A stretch of DNA of 64,000 nucleotides from Bdellovibrio sp. GTDB taxonomy: Bacteria; Bdellovibrionota; Bdellovibrionia; Bdellovibrionales; Bdellovibrionaceae. The position numbers and the translations under genes were made by a program. Below, in pieces: positions 38,701-48,312 of this stretch (the stretch's first letter is position 1; every line of letters begins with the position of its first letter). Where the stretch lies: positions 480,001-544,000 of the forward strand of contig JAKFBS010000004.1 of the NCBI GenBank assembly GCA_036677065.1, in the 5' to 3' direction. Under the pieces are notes generated by a model. The model did not search any database. It was not told the DNA's origin and saw only the letters and a program-made list of their open reading frames with translations.

Positions 38701-39778
38701 AAGTTGTCCGGTGGTCGTGATGTCAGCATTTGTGACTGAATTTGGTCGTATCTATTTTGTCGATCTTGGTGTTTTAAGAACAGTTGATAGCAATGGATTA
38801 GTACAAACGATCGCAGGGCAACCAAGAAACTTCGGTATTGGTTATAACCCAATCAGTGCGCGCTATTCACAAGTCGCGTTCTTTGAAAAAATCGCCAATG
38901 ACATCTATGTAAAAAACGAACAAGAAAATCAAATCGTAAAATTCTCTTTAACGGGCGGAAACGTACAACATATTGCGGGCAATTCATTACGTGGATCTCC
39001 AGCCATAGCCTCTGCAGCGACTCAGACAAAAATGCCTAACTGCAATTGGGGTTTACCCTGCAGTTTTATTGTTGATAGCGCAAATAATCGCCTATATCAC
39101 TATGCCAGTGGCAACAATGTGGCCTATATCGATCTAGCCACGGGTCTTTGGGTGACTCAAGGTAGTGGTGTTGTGCAAGATAGTGCTGCGCGCGTAAGTT
39201 ATGTCGGTTTAAATGATGATGGTTTATTGATTTATGCGCCATCGCACTACGGAGTCTCAGGTGATAAGGTCACAATACGTTCAGTAAATCAAGACACCAT
39301 GGCCAGCACTATTGTTTACGGCCAGAATATAATTTCAAATTCACTCAGTGGTACAGTTTGTACTGACGTTAGTTCAACCACTTGTACTTTAGCGCATGCT
39401 TCTACGGATGCTGTGCAAACGCGGTATAAATTTGATTCTACAACGGGTAACTGGTTATTTACGATTCGTGGGCAAAACACGTTATACTCACTGCCTTCAC
39501 TGGGCGGGGTTGTAACTGCATTTGAAACGATGAACAATAATTTTATCTCATATGATTTTTTTAAATCAGGCGGGGATGATTTTGTTTTCTACTGCTCAAC
39601 ATCGGGTAACTTGTATAAACGTAATATCACTACAGATGTTGAAACAGCATTGCCATTACCGATTGCTTCAATGTCGTGTGCTTCGAATTCTTTATTTTAC
39701 GATGCGGTCAAGAACTCGTTATTCTTTGCGTATAAACAAAATAATTTGTACGGCATTGGTGAATATACTGATCCCTAA
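35741..39778 (+). CDS. Large surface (lipo)protein: Ig-like domains plus NHL-like beta-propellers
   Basis: FSFSSC lipobox-like; DSTAP and Ig-like beta motifs; GDGG..AT / IAG repeats; S/T/N-rich. Confidence 0.8.
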   Translation: MKTCSTYGPFLSKSIVIRNIFLLTFIFSFSSCHKALFDAMSVELPTDIAGMQPIIISGQVSGLAASGLGFSAKAVAQSVSAQCTDVRVKLFRLQNNGTIDDSAPLATTGIDSNGKYSFDLNELGIDDSAATVGLIVKAESCDGSFLNRPITGFNNEQNIDVKSTVISQMVNAGILVPKKLNEARKSEIESLLNTVSGSTTGDVIDSLTNTPAPSAMFTQIFGASPNVIKDVKPEIQFAPPISFNEQQNHALTVATFHVDPNYSFVYKWKLDGVVRSSAKTWNYIPHANAAGPHQIDVYVGKDDGAGEIDLTKPYYTKSFMITIANNILPVAPNLSIHASTPAPRTTSSIQLNISTGLNMANCENFSHMALTDSGVIPGIMQFNLDCTTSGTQTLLVNFDNNDGSKELHLWAIDEIGTISPSKSVSFILDSTAPVTTSLVINSGVSSTTNKNVLINFSGSDDLLKLTAFCLRYNNTAQPAAGDSCWTTLDSISVPTSKTVSIANYQFQLGSVVGDYNVTVWWKNEANLISSLSGNGTANVDSFVMSFTPDPPPTLANIIAAGFNESVSPLGVSDTTVTFGYDLFIKWQVADNNPIPAGNISLYYTTNDVSYTTVATNLNNGINGDCTIAGSETGCYKWTAASPTNSYYRIKVVVTDLGGAIVFETSNPLNTGKIKFLSGNTSLGIGGIATNAVLFSPNEASYNDYADNQSLVVTKTGYVFYRSYGRGLVYVSPHDGIIRDVALQTGTASGDGGSVFSATFRDMRRMAIDYDDNVIIWDYNKVRKINTNTTPWSISTLFGGGADSTDGADALSANISASYSDQITITPNGRVWFNKSNEIWYYDPTDAKVKKHITMTGIGTDDMASWRATFDNVACSGSNAAFTFTKADSGITKIMRRMSSSTSASCGSAAASYPYYNTNFDLATGVATAPHPPQTTWSSHKFTGLDGNIYVLNQGRGSLKKYNAGTNTFSNVVGDGTNGRCDDGMPATSCPVVVMSAFVTEFGRIYFVDLGVLRTVDSNGLVQTIAGQPRNFGIGYNPISARYSQVAFFEKIANDIYVKNEQENQIVKFSLTGGNVQHIAGNSLRGSPAIASAATQTKMPNCNWGLPCSFIVDSANNRLYHYASGNNVAYIDLATGLWVTQGSGVVQDSAARVSYVGLNDDGLLIYAPSHYGVSGDKVTIRSVNQDTMASTIVYGQNIISNSLSGTVCTDVSSTTCTLAHASTDAVQTRYKFDSTTGNWLFTIRGQNTLYSLPSLGGVVTAFETMNNNFISYDFFKSGGDDFVFYCSTSGNLYKRNITTDVETALPLPIASMSCASNSLFYDAVKNSLFFAYKQNNLYGIGEYTDP

Positions 39779-40353
39779 GTTTTTAGATTTCCGTTAGCGA
39801 TAGATTCATCAATCATTTTTTTAGCGACTTCCCACAGCGCCGGCAGACCGCCAGCAATGGGGGGTTCGCATTTGTTAATCACTTTGTCAGCTTTAACATC
39901 ATGGTTTTTCCAAGAATAACCGCCATTAAGATAGTTCGAATAGAGTGGTAAAAAACGATCAATCGCTGAAACGTATTTCGCTTCAGCAGACTGGCCTTCT
40001 TCAAATTCATTCCAGATCGCTTTAAAATCTTCAGCGATCAGATCAGGCAATAAACCAAAAATTCGTTCACGCGCTAAGGCTTCTTTTTCTTTTTTGCTGG
40101 ATTGATCGCCGTAAATAATCACATCACCGGCATCGATTTCAACGATGTCATGAAGTAAAGCCATCTTGACCGCTTTATTAATATCTAATTTTACCGGAGA
40201 CATCTTTTCAAAAACCATGACTGTCATTGCTAAATGCCAGCTGTGTTCAGCGGTGTTTTCAACGCGGCCGCCGACATGAATCGGGGTTTGGCGATCGATG
40301 GTTTTTAAACGGTCAATTTCTTTAATGAATGGAAGTAGATTTTCGAAAATCAT
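39775..40353 (-). CDS. HD-domain hydrolase (HDDC2/YfbR-like)
   Basis: ENTAEHSWH, LLHDIVEIDAGD, AIDR; ATGA overlap with the kinase stop. Confidence 0.92.
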   Translation of the reverse strand: MIFENLLPFIKEIDRLKTIDRQTPIHVGGRVENTAEHSWHLAMTVMVFEKMSPVKLDINKAVKMALLHDIVEIDAGDVIIYGDQSSKKEKEALARERIFGLLPDLIAEDFKAIWNEFEEGQSAEAKYVSAIDRFLPLYSNYLNGGYSWKNHDVKADKVINKCEPPIAGGLPALWEVAKKMIDESIANGNLKT

Positions 40354-42860
40354 GATAACCACTTTTGTAACGTTTTGTTTAACGAGTTAATATTTACAGG
40401 TTTAGAAATATAATCATCCATGCCGGCAGCAATGCAGCGTTCTTTGTCGCCTGATTGCGCATTCGCCGTCATAGCAATAATCGGGATCGTTGCTGGAATT
40501 TTATCACGCTTGCCACTACGAATAACTTTAGTGGCTTCAAAGCCATCCATTTCAGGCATTTGGCAATCCATCAGAACTAAGTCATAAGGAAACTGTTCTA
40601 AAGCAATTAGAGCTTCGATGCCATTACCTACAGTATCAACACGATGACCAATTTTTTCAAGCATTGCCCGTGCTACTTTTTGATTAACGAAATTATCTTC
40701 AACAACTAAAATTCGGCCGGTTTTATGTGAAGTGATTTCTTGTTCAAAGTGTTGGATTGTACCGGCATTTTTATTAAGGGATTTCTTTAATGAAATCTCA
40801 AACCAAAAAACTGAACCTTTATGTTCGGTGCTGATTACACCGATTTTTCCGTGCATCATATCGACCAAGCGCTGACAAATCGATAAACCTAAACCTGTGC
40901 CACCGAATTTGCGGCTCATCGTGCTGTCAGCTTGGGTGAAGGGTTGAAATAATTTTTTTAAATTGTCGCCAGAAATACCAATGCCAGAATCTTGAACCTC
41001 AAAGTGAATACTGATTTGTTTTTCGTCACTTGAAAGAACCGAAGCGCTGACTGCAATTTCACCTTCATGAGTAAATTTAATCGCATTAGAGATCAAATTT
41101 ACTAAAATCTGGCGAATGCGACCCGGGTCACCAACAACATTTTCAACTAAAATTGCGGGAATAACAGTTTTTAATTCTAAACCTTTTTGGGTGGCGGTAA
41201 GGCGCAAGGTTTTAGTGATGTCCTGAACTAAACTTGAAACTTCGAAATCAATCTCTTCGAGCTCCATTTTGCCAGATTCAATTTTTGATAAATCAAGAAT
41301 ATCATTAATAATGGCAAGTAGACTATCGGCTGAAGTGCGAATGATTTCGATGTATTCACGTTGCTGCGGTGAAAGGCTAGTGTCTAACACGATATTCGTC
41401 ATGCCGATCACGCCGTTGATTGGCGTTCTGATCTCATGACTCATATTTGCTAAAAAAAAGCTTTTAGTTTCAGAAGCTTGTTTAGCTTGTAGCGCAGATC
41501 TTTCAAGTTCACTGTTTAAAGTCTTTAACTGAATTTCGTTGGCTTTACGTTGGGTAATATCAGAAATAAAAGCCGTAAAAATATATTGGTTATCAATTTT
41601 TAGCGGGGTAATTGACAGCTCTACCGGAAACTCTTCGCCAGATTTTTTTAAACCGCTGATTTCGATACTGCGGTTTAATACAGGGCCTTCGCCAGTCATA
41701 ATAAAGTGGCTCAAACCTTTTTCATGCATTTGCCGATAACGTTCAGGAATAATTAATTCTGACATGCGCTGACCGATAGCCTGATCTTTAGACCAACCAA
41801 AAATTTCTTCAGCGCGTGGGTTCCACTCAGTAACAAGACCTTTTTGATCCATACCAACGATGGCATCAAAAGCTGATTCTAAAATGGCGCGTAATTTGCC
41901 TTCATTTTTACCCACGGCTTGGGTGCGTTCAACAACGCGTTTTTCTAATTCAGCATTGATCACCAATAATTTATTTTCGGCAGTGTTCTGAAGTTCTTCA
42001 GTTTGATATAAATCGTTAGCCATCTTCCAGACGATCACTAAGAAAAACACAATGCTACCCATAACGCGAATTAGAACACCAAAGTCAGCATCGATAAATG
42101 CAGCGCGCTCAGCTCTGATCTGAACCCAGTTCACAATCGGGGGCACCAAAACAGCCGAAGCCAGTAAAATGCGAGTACTTCGGCCAGCAACCGTTGGTGA
42201 AGTTGCAATTTTCATTAAGGCTATATTTTTGCGCGCGTATAAAAAACCTGTCGTTAAAATTATAAATAAGACCGACGTGTGCAGAGCCATTTGGGTGTAG
42301 TAAGCAGCACCAAAGGTATAACTGATTCCTAAAAGATAACCGAGCAACGCTTGAAACGAGATCAAGAAAGCTAAGAATATTAAATACTGACTGGCTCTTT
42401 GCCAACGTGGTTTTGCATTAGCGCTAAAAAAAACCGAAACGGCTAGAATTATAAAATTGATAGCTGTAATCGGAGCAAGACGGCCAGCCGGAAAGCGGGC
42501 GCCTGGGCGTATCGGATCAGCAAATAAAAACTCATCAATTCCTAAATTAATGTCTAGTAGGTATTCAGCCAGCGTCAGCGCGCCGATTAAAAAAGTAAGA
42601 CTGGCAAAAAAACGCGCCGATGTACGAATCCATTTGTTGTTAAGATATTCTTCGCTGTCTTGATAGAAGTGTAGCGCTAAAGCTAAAAAAAGTAAGCCGA
42701 TCGCCGTATTGGCTTTCATTGAAATGTAGCCGGAGAGTACGGTTTTTAGAGTGTCATTTTCTATAACCCAGCCTGTTAAAACTAACAGGCAGATTAACAC
42801 GGATAATGAAACGCAAAGTCTTACGAAAGAGACTTTTTTAAGAGAAAACTTATCATTCAT
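40350..42860 (-). CDS. Membrane PAS hybrid histidine kinase
   Basis: About 7-8 TM; PAS (WNPRAEEIFGW); FLANMSHEIRTP; GGTGLGL; REC (DLVLMDCQMP). Confidence 0.95.
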   Translation of the reverse strand: MNDKFSLKKVSFVRLCVSLSVLICLLVLTGWVIENDTLKTVLSGYISMKANTAIGLLFLALALHFYQDSEEYLNNKWIRTSARFFASLTFLIGALTLAEYLLDINLGIDEFLFADPIRPGARFPAGRLAPITAINFIILAVSVFFSANAKPRWQRASQYLIFLAFLISFQALLGYLLGISYTFGAAYYTQMALHTSVLFIILTTGFLYARKNIALMKIATSPTVAGRSTRILLASAVLVPPIVNWVQIRAERAAFIDADFGVLIRVMGSIVFFLVIVWKMANDLYQTEELQNTAENKLLVINAELEKRVVERTQAVGKNEGKLRAILESAFDAIVGMDQKGLVTEWNPRAEEIFGWSKDQAIGQRMSELIIPERYRQMHEKGLSHFIMTGEGPVLNRSIEISGLKKSGEEFPVELSITPLKIDNQYIFTAFISDITQRKANEIQLKTLNSELERSALQAKQASETKSFFLANMSHEIRTPINGVIGMTNIVLDTSLSPQQREYIEIIRTSADSLLAIINDILDLSKIESGKMELEEIDFEVSSLVQDITKTLRLTATQKGLELKTVIPAILVENVVGDPGRIRQILVNLISNAIKFTHEGEIAVSASVLSSDEKQISIHFEVQDSGIGISGDNLKKLFQPFTQADSTMSRKFGGTGLGLSICQRLVDMMHGKIGVISTEHKGSVFWFEISLKKSLNKNAGTIQHFEQEITSHKTGRILVVEDNFVNQKVARAMLEKIGHRVDTVGNGIEALIALEQFPYDLVLMDCQMPEMDGFEATKVIRSGKRDKIPATIPIIAMTANAQSGDKERCIAAGMDDYISKPVNINSLNKTLQKWLS

Positions 42861-42912
42861 ACTAAAAGTAATTTAGATGAGTTTTCTCTCGAGGTATAGC
42901 GAAAAAAAGATC

Positions 42913-43566
42913 TTATTTAATAACAGCAACCCAAGTTGCATCGATACCGTATTGACGGACGAAACGATTAAAGATTTTGCCATGATCAGGGTGCATGCGC
43001 ACGCAGCCATGAGAAGCTTTAGTTCCTAACTTTGACCAGTTGCTTTTCGGAGTGCCATGGATCGCATAACCTTTATGTAAGAAAACTGCGTAAGGCATGT
43101 TGCCTAAACCGTTGTAATCTCCACCTGGATTCGCCTTAGAAGTGTAAGCATCATAGATGCGGCCATTGGGGTGACCTTCCCATAGGGGAGTTTCATTTTT
43201 TGGAGCACCGGTAGAAACTAACCAAGTGTGAGTTAAGCTGCCAGAAACATAAAGGTAAGCACGTTGTTCGCTTTTTCTAACTTCAATGTAAATCGGGCAG
43301 TCAAAACTGCGGCAAGAAATCTCGAAGAACGATGGCATTAAGTAAGGTAACTGGCCTGTTTGGCGAATGTACTCTCTATCCATCTCTTGAAGAATTTCTT
43401 CGATGTTTTCAGCTGCTGGATCCAATTCTTCGATCATGTTTGTTTCTTCGATAGCTGAAGCTTGCGTTGTTAGTTCTTGAGCTTGTGCTTCGCCGAAAAC
43501 TAAAACAACCGAAAGAAATAACATAACTAAGGCTGCGGTTTTTAAAATTTGTCTTTTCATAATCAT
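42913..43566 (-). CDS. L,D-transpeptidase (YkuD), exported
   Basis: VSTG, MPYA, YAIHG, SHGCVR. Confidence 0.92.
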   Translation of the reverse strand: MIMKRQILKTAALVMLFLSVVLVFGEAQAQELTTQASAIEETNMIEELDPAAENIEEILQEMDREYIRQTGQLPYLMPSFFEISCRSFDCPIYIEVRKSEQRAYLYVSGSLTHTWLVSTGAPKNETPLWEGHPNGRIYDAYTSKANPGGDYNGLGNMPYAVFLHKGYAIHGTPKSNWSKLGTKASHGCVRMHPDHGKIFNRFVRQYGIDATWVAVIK

Positions 43567-43618
43567 CCCCTAAAAGTGAGCTGTTTAATTAATGTGTATG
43601 CAAAAGAAATGCAAACGA

Positions 43619-43933
43619 TTAATAAGGACAATGGCGACAGCCGTTACCACAACAGTAACCGCGCTTCAGATGATATGATTTTGAAAACACCATTAAGCCA
43701 TTGGTGTCAAAATAGTAATCTGGTTCATTAGGCTCATTAGTTGGAGTAGAAGTTTGCGCGTTTATAAATTCATTCAAACACTTAGCACATAAACAATCGC
43801 TAAAATTTTTCGGAATATTTTTAGCGATCGGAAGTTGTAAACACCAGCAGGGCAAAGTGCCCCCAGCGGTTCCATCATTTACGGCACCGCAAGAAAACTC
43901 AGAATGACACCGCTCACAGATTTTCTTTGCCAT
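43619..43933 (-). CDS. Cysteine-rich CWC domain fused to a DUF5522-like domain
   Basis: CERC..FSC...CWC...CLCAKCL, then DYY...VF...HLKRGYCCGNGCRHCPY; ATG 43933. Confidence 0.8.
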   Translation of the reverse strand: MAKKICERCHSEFSCGAVNDGTAGGTLPCWCLQLPIAKNIPKNFSDCLCAKCLNEFINAQTSTPTNEPNEPDYYFDTNGLMVFSKSYHLKRGYCCGNGCRHCPY

Positions 43934-44345
43934 GCGGCACACACTGCGAAACCCATTCGCCTGATTTGTAGTAAGCATAACCATAGAACCACACAAGTTC
44001 AGTTGCTTGATTCAAAACGCTCACTTTGTGTACAAAATCTTCTGGAACCACACCATTCACCGAATAGCACCAACCGTGGGCCTTCATGTCGGTGTCTGAA
44101 ATAAGTTCTAATTCAGAATTGATGTCATAAACACTTACGATACCATCAATATCACCGACAAAAGGAATCTGATTTTTATTAAAAAAATCTACCGATATTT
44201 GCCCAACGGTTTGCGGAAGTGTGACTTCAGTCGCTGCAGAAAATAAAACTTCGCTGTTTTTACCGATCACTTTAAATGTTAAAGCATAGCTATAAGTACA
44301 GACATTAAGTGAAACTAATACAATGAACGCAGCTAACAACCTCAT
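43914..44345 (-). CDS. Exported DUF4430 (transcobalamin C-terminal-like) protein
   Basis: GIVSV...GWCYSVNGVVP...LVWFY. Confidence 0.78.
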   Translation of the reverse strand: MRLLAAFIVLVSLNVCTYSYALTFKVIGKNSEVLFSAATEVTLPQTVGQISVDFFNKNQIPFVGDIDGIVSVYDINSELELISDTDMKAHGWCYSVNGVVPEDFVHKVSVLNQATELVWFYGYAYYKSGEWVSQCVPHGKENL

Positions 44346-44346
44346 A

Positions 44347-45615
44347 CTACTGTGACACCTTTAAATACATTTGTACGTTGAATGGGACCACGATGTTACC
44401 CATATGACCGCCCAGTGGATATAAAAATAAACGTTCACCAAAACTTTCACGCAATAAAGGTATGTCAGATGGTTTTAATAAAAAGTCATCCACGTTAGTA
44501 AAAACATAAACGCGTGGATCATTTTTTAAATCCTTCATCTGAGAATATAAACCAGTATTGTACGGGATATCTGATTTTTGTTCTTCAGGAGTTAACGTCG
44601 GGATCACAAACGAATGCATGTAGTTGGCAAAGTTATAAGTCCAAGCTTCGTCTTCAAGCGCATTTAATTTGTATTTAGAATAAGGAGTTTTTAATACACG
44701 CGGTTTTACAAAGTGAGAAGAAACAATAATATCACGTAAACTTTGGCGGTACTGATCGCCGATCACCCATTGGATATGATTAGTTTTAAATTTTAATTTC
44801 TCTAACATGTCAAAAAGGGCTTTTACAGGATCTTTTGCCGCAGAGACATCACCGGCATTGACGTAAATGGCTCCCATGATATGGTCTTTCCACGCTTTTG
44901 AAATACCAGCACCTACAACATCATTTAAATAATCCAGCTGCTGAATACCGTAGATCACATCTACGCCAGGGTTAATCAATAAAACTTTTTTGAAAAGTTG
45001 TTGGGATTGCTTTTTATCATAGGGTGCTAAAAATCCGGCTAACACTCCGCCATTTGAATAGCCGACTAAAGTAATTGAATTATAGCGCATGCCTTTTTTA
45101 TTTTTAGCATAATCTAAAATCCATTTTACAAATTGGTAGTACTCAATCGTATCGCGCGGCATGTAACCAGGAACGCCTGTTTCAGAAATAGCCAAAGTGT
45201 AGCTAAAAGATAAATTGCTCGGTAAACAAATCACATTGTAGCCAGCTTTGATATACACATCAGCTAAGGCCGCAGAATTTGTTGAATAACTATTGCCCCC
45301 AAGGCCTGCGATAATCATCACCAGCGGCGCATTTTGCTTTTGTTTGTAAACTTGCAAATTGATCACTGGTTTTGATAGCGGGTATTTTGCCTTTAAGCGT
45401 TCTGGGCGGTAAACCATCTCCCATTCGTCAAATTTAGCTGTTGAAGGCGAAAATGTAGATAACACTGTCGCGATAAATGGATCTTTGGTCGGAAACGGGT
45501 ACTGGCTTTCTGGAATCTCTAAAGCTTGTACCGCTTGGCCAAAACTTAATAATAAAATAAACAACATAGCGAGCGCTAAACGCATCGCCGAATGGTAAAC
45601 ACCGTAAACTTTCAT
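44347..45615 (-). CDS. Exported alpha/beta hydrolase (start probably ~45585)
   Basis: IAGLGG, GYSNG nucleophile elbow, NVDDF, GGHMGN. Confidence 0.82.
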   Translation of the reverse strand: MKVYGVYHSAMRLALAMLFILLLSFGQAVQALEIPESQYPFPTKDPFIATVLSTFSPSTAKFDEWEMVYRPERLKAKYPLSKPVINLQVYKQKQNAPLVMIIAGLGGNSYSTNSAALADVYIKAGYNVICLPSNLSFSYTLAISETGVPGYMPRDTIEYYQFVKWILDYAKNKKGMRYNSITLVGYSNGGVLAGFLAPYDKKQSQQLFKKVLLINPGVDVIYGIQQLDYLNDVVGAGISKAWKDHIMGAIYVNAGDVSAAKDPVKALFDMLEKLKFKTNHIQWVIGDQYRQSLRDIIVSSHFVKPRVLKTPYSKYKLNALEDEAWTYNFANYMHSFVIPTLTPEEQKSDIPYNTGLYSQMKDLKNDPRVYVFTNVDDFLLKPSDIPLLRESFGERLFLYPLGGHMGNIVVPFNVQMYLKVSQ

Positions 45616-45765
45616 TTCCCTGATTTCCTTATAGAGTGAGATATCTAGTGAAACTTCGAGTCAAAGGGAACCGCTAAATCAAAAAAGTAACAAATAGCGC
45701 GTCAACCTGCGAAATAGTTTCAAATATGATTTGTATCTCTGTGAAGTAGAGGTAAAAAAGCATCA

Positions 45766-47049
45766 GTGGAAAATGATTTATTCGCAACCCAAGTTGATCC
45801 CGAGATGCTGCCTTTGGCAGAGCGTATTCGTCCTAAAAACTTTGATGAAGTTTTAGGCCAGACTCATTTTCTATCTTCCAAGTCAGCTTTCTACCGCATC
45901 CTAAAAAGTGAGCAACTTTTAAACCTGATTTTTTGGGGTCCACCGGGCACCGGTAAAACAAGCCTTGCGATAAGCCTTGCTAAGAATCTAAAAGCGCACT
46001 TTATCCAAATGAATGCGGTTGATGCCGGAGTCAAAGATCTAAAAGCTGCCTGCGAATCAGGTCGCACCAGAAAATTACAGTACCAGCAAAAGACATTACT
46101 TTTTGTCGACGAGATCCATCGTTTTAATAAATCCCAGCAAGATGTGTTGTTACCTTACGTAGAAAAAGGCGATGTGTATTTAATCGGGGCGACCACTGAA
46201 TACCCAAGTTATGAGTTAAATAAAGCCTTACTGAGCCGTTGTCAGGTGGTTGAGTTTCGTAAGCTCACAACTGAAGCGTTAGAGCAGATCTTAGAAAAAG
46301 CAGCCACAGAACTTGGAATAACAACCAAAGATTTATTCTTAGATGAAACAAAGCAGTTATTAATTAATTCTGCTGATGGTGATGCCAGACGTTTATTAAA
46401 TATCACCGAGACGGTCATTAAATTTTATAAAGTAAAAACAGATGAAGATCCTTTTCCCTTATCTGTAGAGGATTTAGAAAAATTAATGGGAAGAAAAGTT
46501 ATTCCCTATGATAAAAAATCTGATCAGCATTACGATTGTATTTCGGCGTTTATTAAATCAATGCGCGGTTCTGATCCAGATGCGGCTTTATATTACTGTG
46601 CGCGGATGTTAGAGGGCGGAGAAGACCCATCATTTATCGTTCGTCGCATGATTATTTTTGCTAGCGAAGATATCGGTAACGCTGATCCGCGAGCATTAAC
46701 AATGGCTACAGCATGTTTACAAGCTGTCGAAGCGATTGGTATGCCTGAGGCTCGTATTAACATCGGCCAAGTTGTTACTTATTTGGCGAGTTGTCCAAAA
46801 TCGAATAAATCTTATTTAGCTATTAATGCAGCCATTGAATACGTGCAAAAAACCGGAACCCCAGAGCTTCCGGTGCATTTACGTTCGAGTTCTAAGGGTC
46901 AAGGCTATCAGTACCCGCATAATCACCCGAAAAACTGGGTAAAGCAAAGTTACTGGCCGCCACAAGCAAAGCCTGAAACTTTTTATGAACCTTCGAACTC
47001 GGGTTTTGAAAAAAATATTTCTGAATACTTACGTTGGTTGAAAGAGTAA
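45766..47049 (+). CDS. rarA: Replication-associated recombination protein A (RarA/MgsA)
   Basis: PLAERIRP, GPPGTGKT, DEIHRFNKSQQD, SAFIKSMRGSDPDAA, ASEDIGNADP. Confidence 0.96.
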   Translation: MENDLFATQVDPEMLPLAERIRPKNFDEVLGQTHFLSSKSAFYRILKSEQLLNLIFWGPPGTGKTSLAISLAKNLKAHFIQMNAVDAGVKDLKAACESGRTRKLQYQQKTLLFVDEIHRFNKSQQDVLLPYVEKGDVYLIGATTEYPSYELNKALLSRCQVVEFRKLTTEALEQILEKAATELGITTKDLFLDETKQLLINSADGDARRLLNITETVIKFYKVKTDEDPFPLSVEDLEKLMGRKVIPYDKKSDQHYDCISAFIKSMRGSDPDAALYYCARMLEGGEDPSFIVRRMIIFASEDIGNADPRALTMATACLQAVEAIGMPEARINIGQVVTYLASCPKSNKSYLAINAAIEYVQKTGTPELPVHLRSSSKGQGYQYPHNHPKNWVKQSYWPPQAKPETFYEPSNSGFEKNISEYLRWLKE

Positions 47050-47772
47050 TTCGATACGATCCCACAATTCGGTGCGCGGGGCCACCAGATCAATCATTTT
47101 GTTTTCGATCGGGTGCGGAAATTTTAAAGTCTTCGCTTTTAAACAAAGTCCGTTAATTTTTAATTCATCTCTAAAAAAGCGATTGTGATGTGAATCACCG
47201 TGTTCGCGATCACCCACAATCGGATGCGCCACGCGGTTCATATGGCGTCTGATCTGATGCCAACGGCCGGTTTTAAGTTCAACATGCAACAAACTATAAC
47301 GACTGGTCGGAAATTTTGAATTCACAGAATACTGCAGTTCAATTTTTTTCGTAGTTGAATATTGAGTAGAACATTCAACTAAGGTGCCTGTTGAATCTAG
47401 TTCTAGCGGAAGATTAATATGCCCGTGCTCTTCTTTAAACCAACCACGCACTACCACATCATAAGTTTTTTGGATCAGATGCGCGCGCATCATCTTATTC
47501 ATCTCTGACGAGGCTTTGTTGTGAAGACCAAAGATCACTAAACCTTCGGTGGCAAAATCCAGGCGATGAATGGGTGAACCGATAATTTGGTGTTTGTCTT
47601 TAAGCCAGTGCAGGCAGGTTTTTCTGCCGACAGTTTTTCTGGCAATACGATCTTCAGGAGGGTGCACGTAGACATGTGCGGGTTTCATCAAAACCAAAAG
47701 ATCTTGGTCGTGATAAACAATCGAAGGCTCGATATCAAATTTGTTATTCAGAGCCTTCGGGAGCGGTTGCAT
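47029..47772 (-). CDS. truC: TruC-like (RluA family) pseudouridine synthase
   Basis: IHRLDFATEG; SRYSLL...TGRWHQIRRHM...HPIVGDREHGD..HNRFF. Confidence 0.75.
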   Translation of the reverse strand: MQPLPKALNNKFDIEPSIVYHDQDLLVLMKPAHVYVHPPEDRIARKTVGRKTCLHWLKDKHQIIGSPIHRLDFATEGLVIFGLHNKASSEMNKMMRAHLIQKTYDVVVRGWFKEEHGHINLPLELDSTGTLVECSTQYSTTKKIELQYSVNSKFPTSRYSLLHVELKTGRWHQIRRHMNRVAHPIVGDREHGDSHHNRFFRDELKINGLCLKAKTLKFPHPIENKMIDLVAPRTELWDRIELLFQPT

Positions 47773-47782
47773 GTTTGGCTAA

Positions 47783-48187
47783 TTATAAACCTAAGTATTT
47801 GTTAAATACGGCGTTGTCAGTGTTTTGTACGCCTTTATTTAAAGTCGCGGTGTCGATGAAAGAATCATCGTTATAACGGCAAAGTTCAATTTCAGTTGTT
47901 GAGTTAAGAACAGTTGCTGTCGTTAAAGTGCCATGACAGTCAGTGTGCTCTTCAGCGTATTCTAGAAATGCAATTGGTTCAGCCGTTTGTGTGTTGAAAA
48001 ACATAACGTCTAAGGCGCCAACATAAGTATTGGCAAATTTGCATAACGCCCATTGATCATCTTGAAGTTCAACAACCGTAAATTCGCCACCAGCTAAGTT
48101 ACAGTTTCTGATTAACGGATTAGATGCTGACCACGAAGTTGAAGCTAAAAGGCACAGAACGATCACTGTCGCGTAAGCGAATTTCAT
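47783..48187 (-). CDS. Secreted Cys-paired protein (DUF333-like)
   Basis: Signal peptide; NPLIRNCNLAGG...LCKF and a second similar unit. Confidence 0.7.
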   Translation of the reverse strand: MKFAYATVIVLCLLASTSWSASNPLIRNCNLAGGEFTVVELQDDQWALCKFANTYVGALDVMFFNTQTAEPIAFLEYAEEHTDCHGTLTTATVLNSTTEIELCRYNDDSFIDTATLNKGVQNTDNAVFNKYLGL

Positions 48188-48312
48188 AAAGACTCCTTCA
48201 GAGGTAATTTATCCGTTAGCGATATCGGATAATTGCGGTGAAGCCAATTAATGCACCAGATATTCACTTTTTTACAAGACTTTTGCGGCGTTTCATCTAA
48301 AAATGAAGCACT

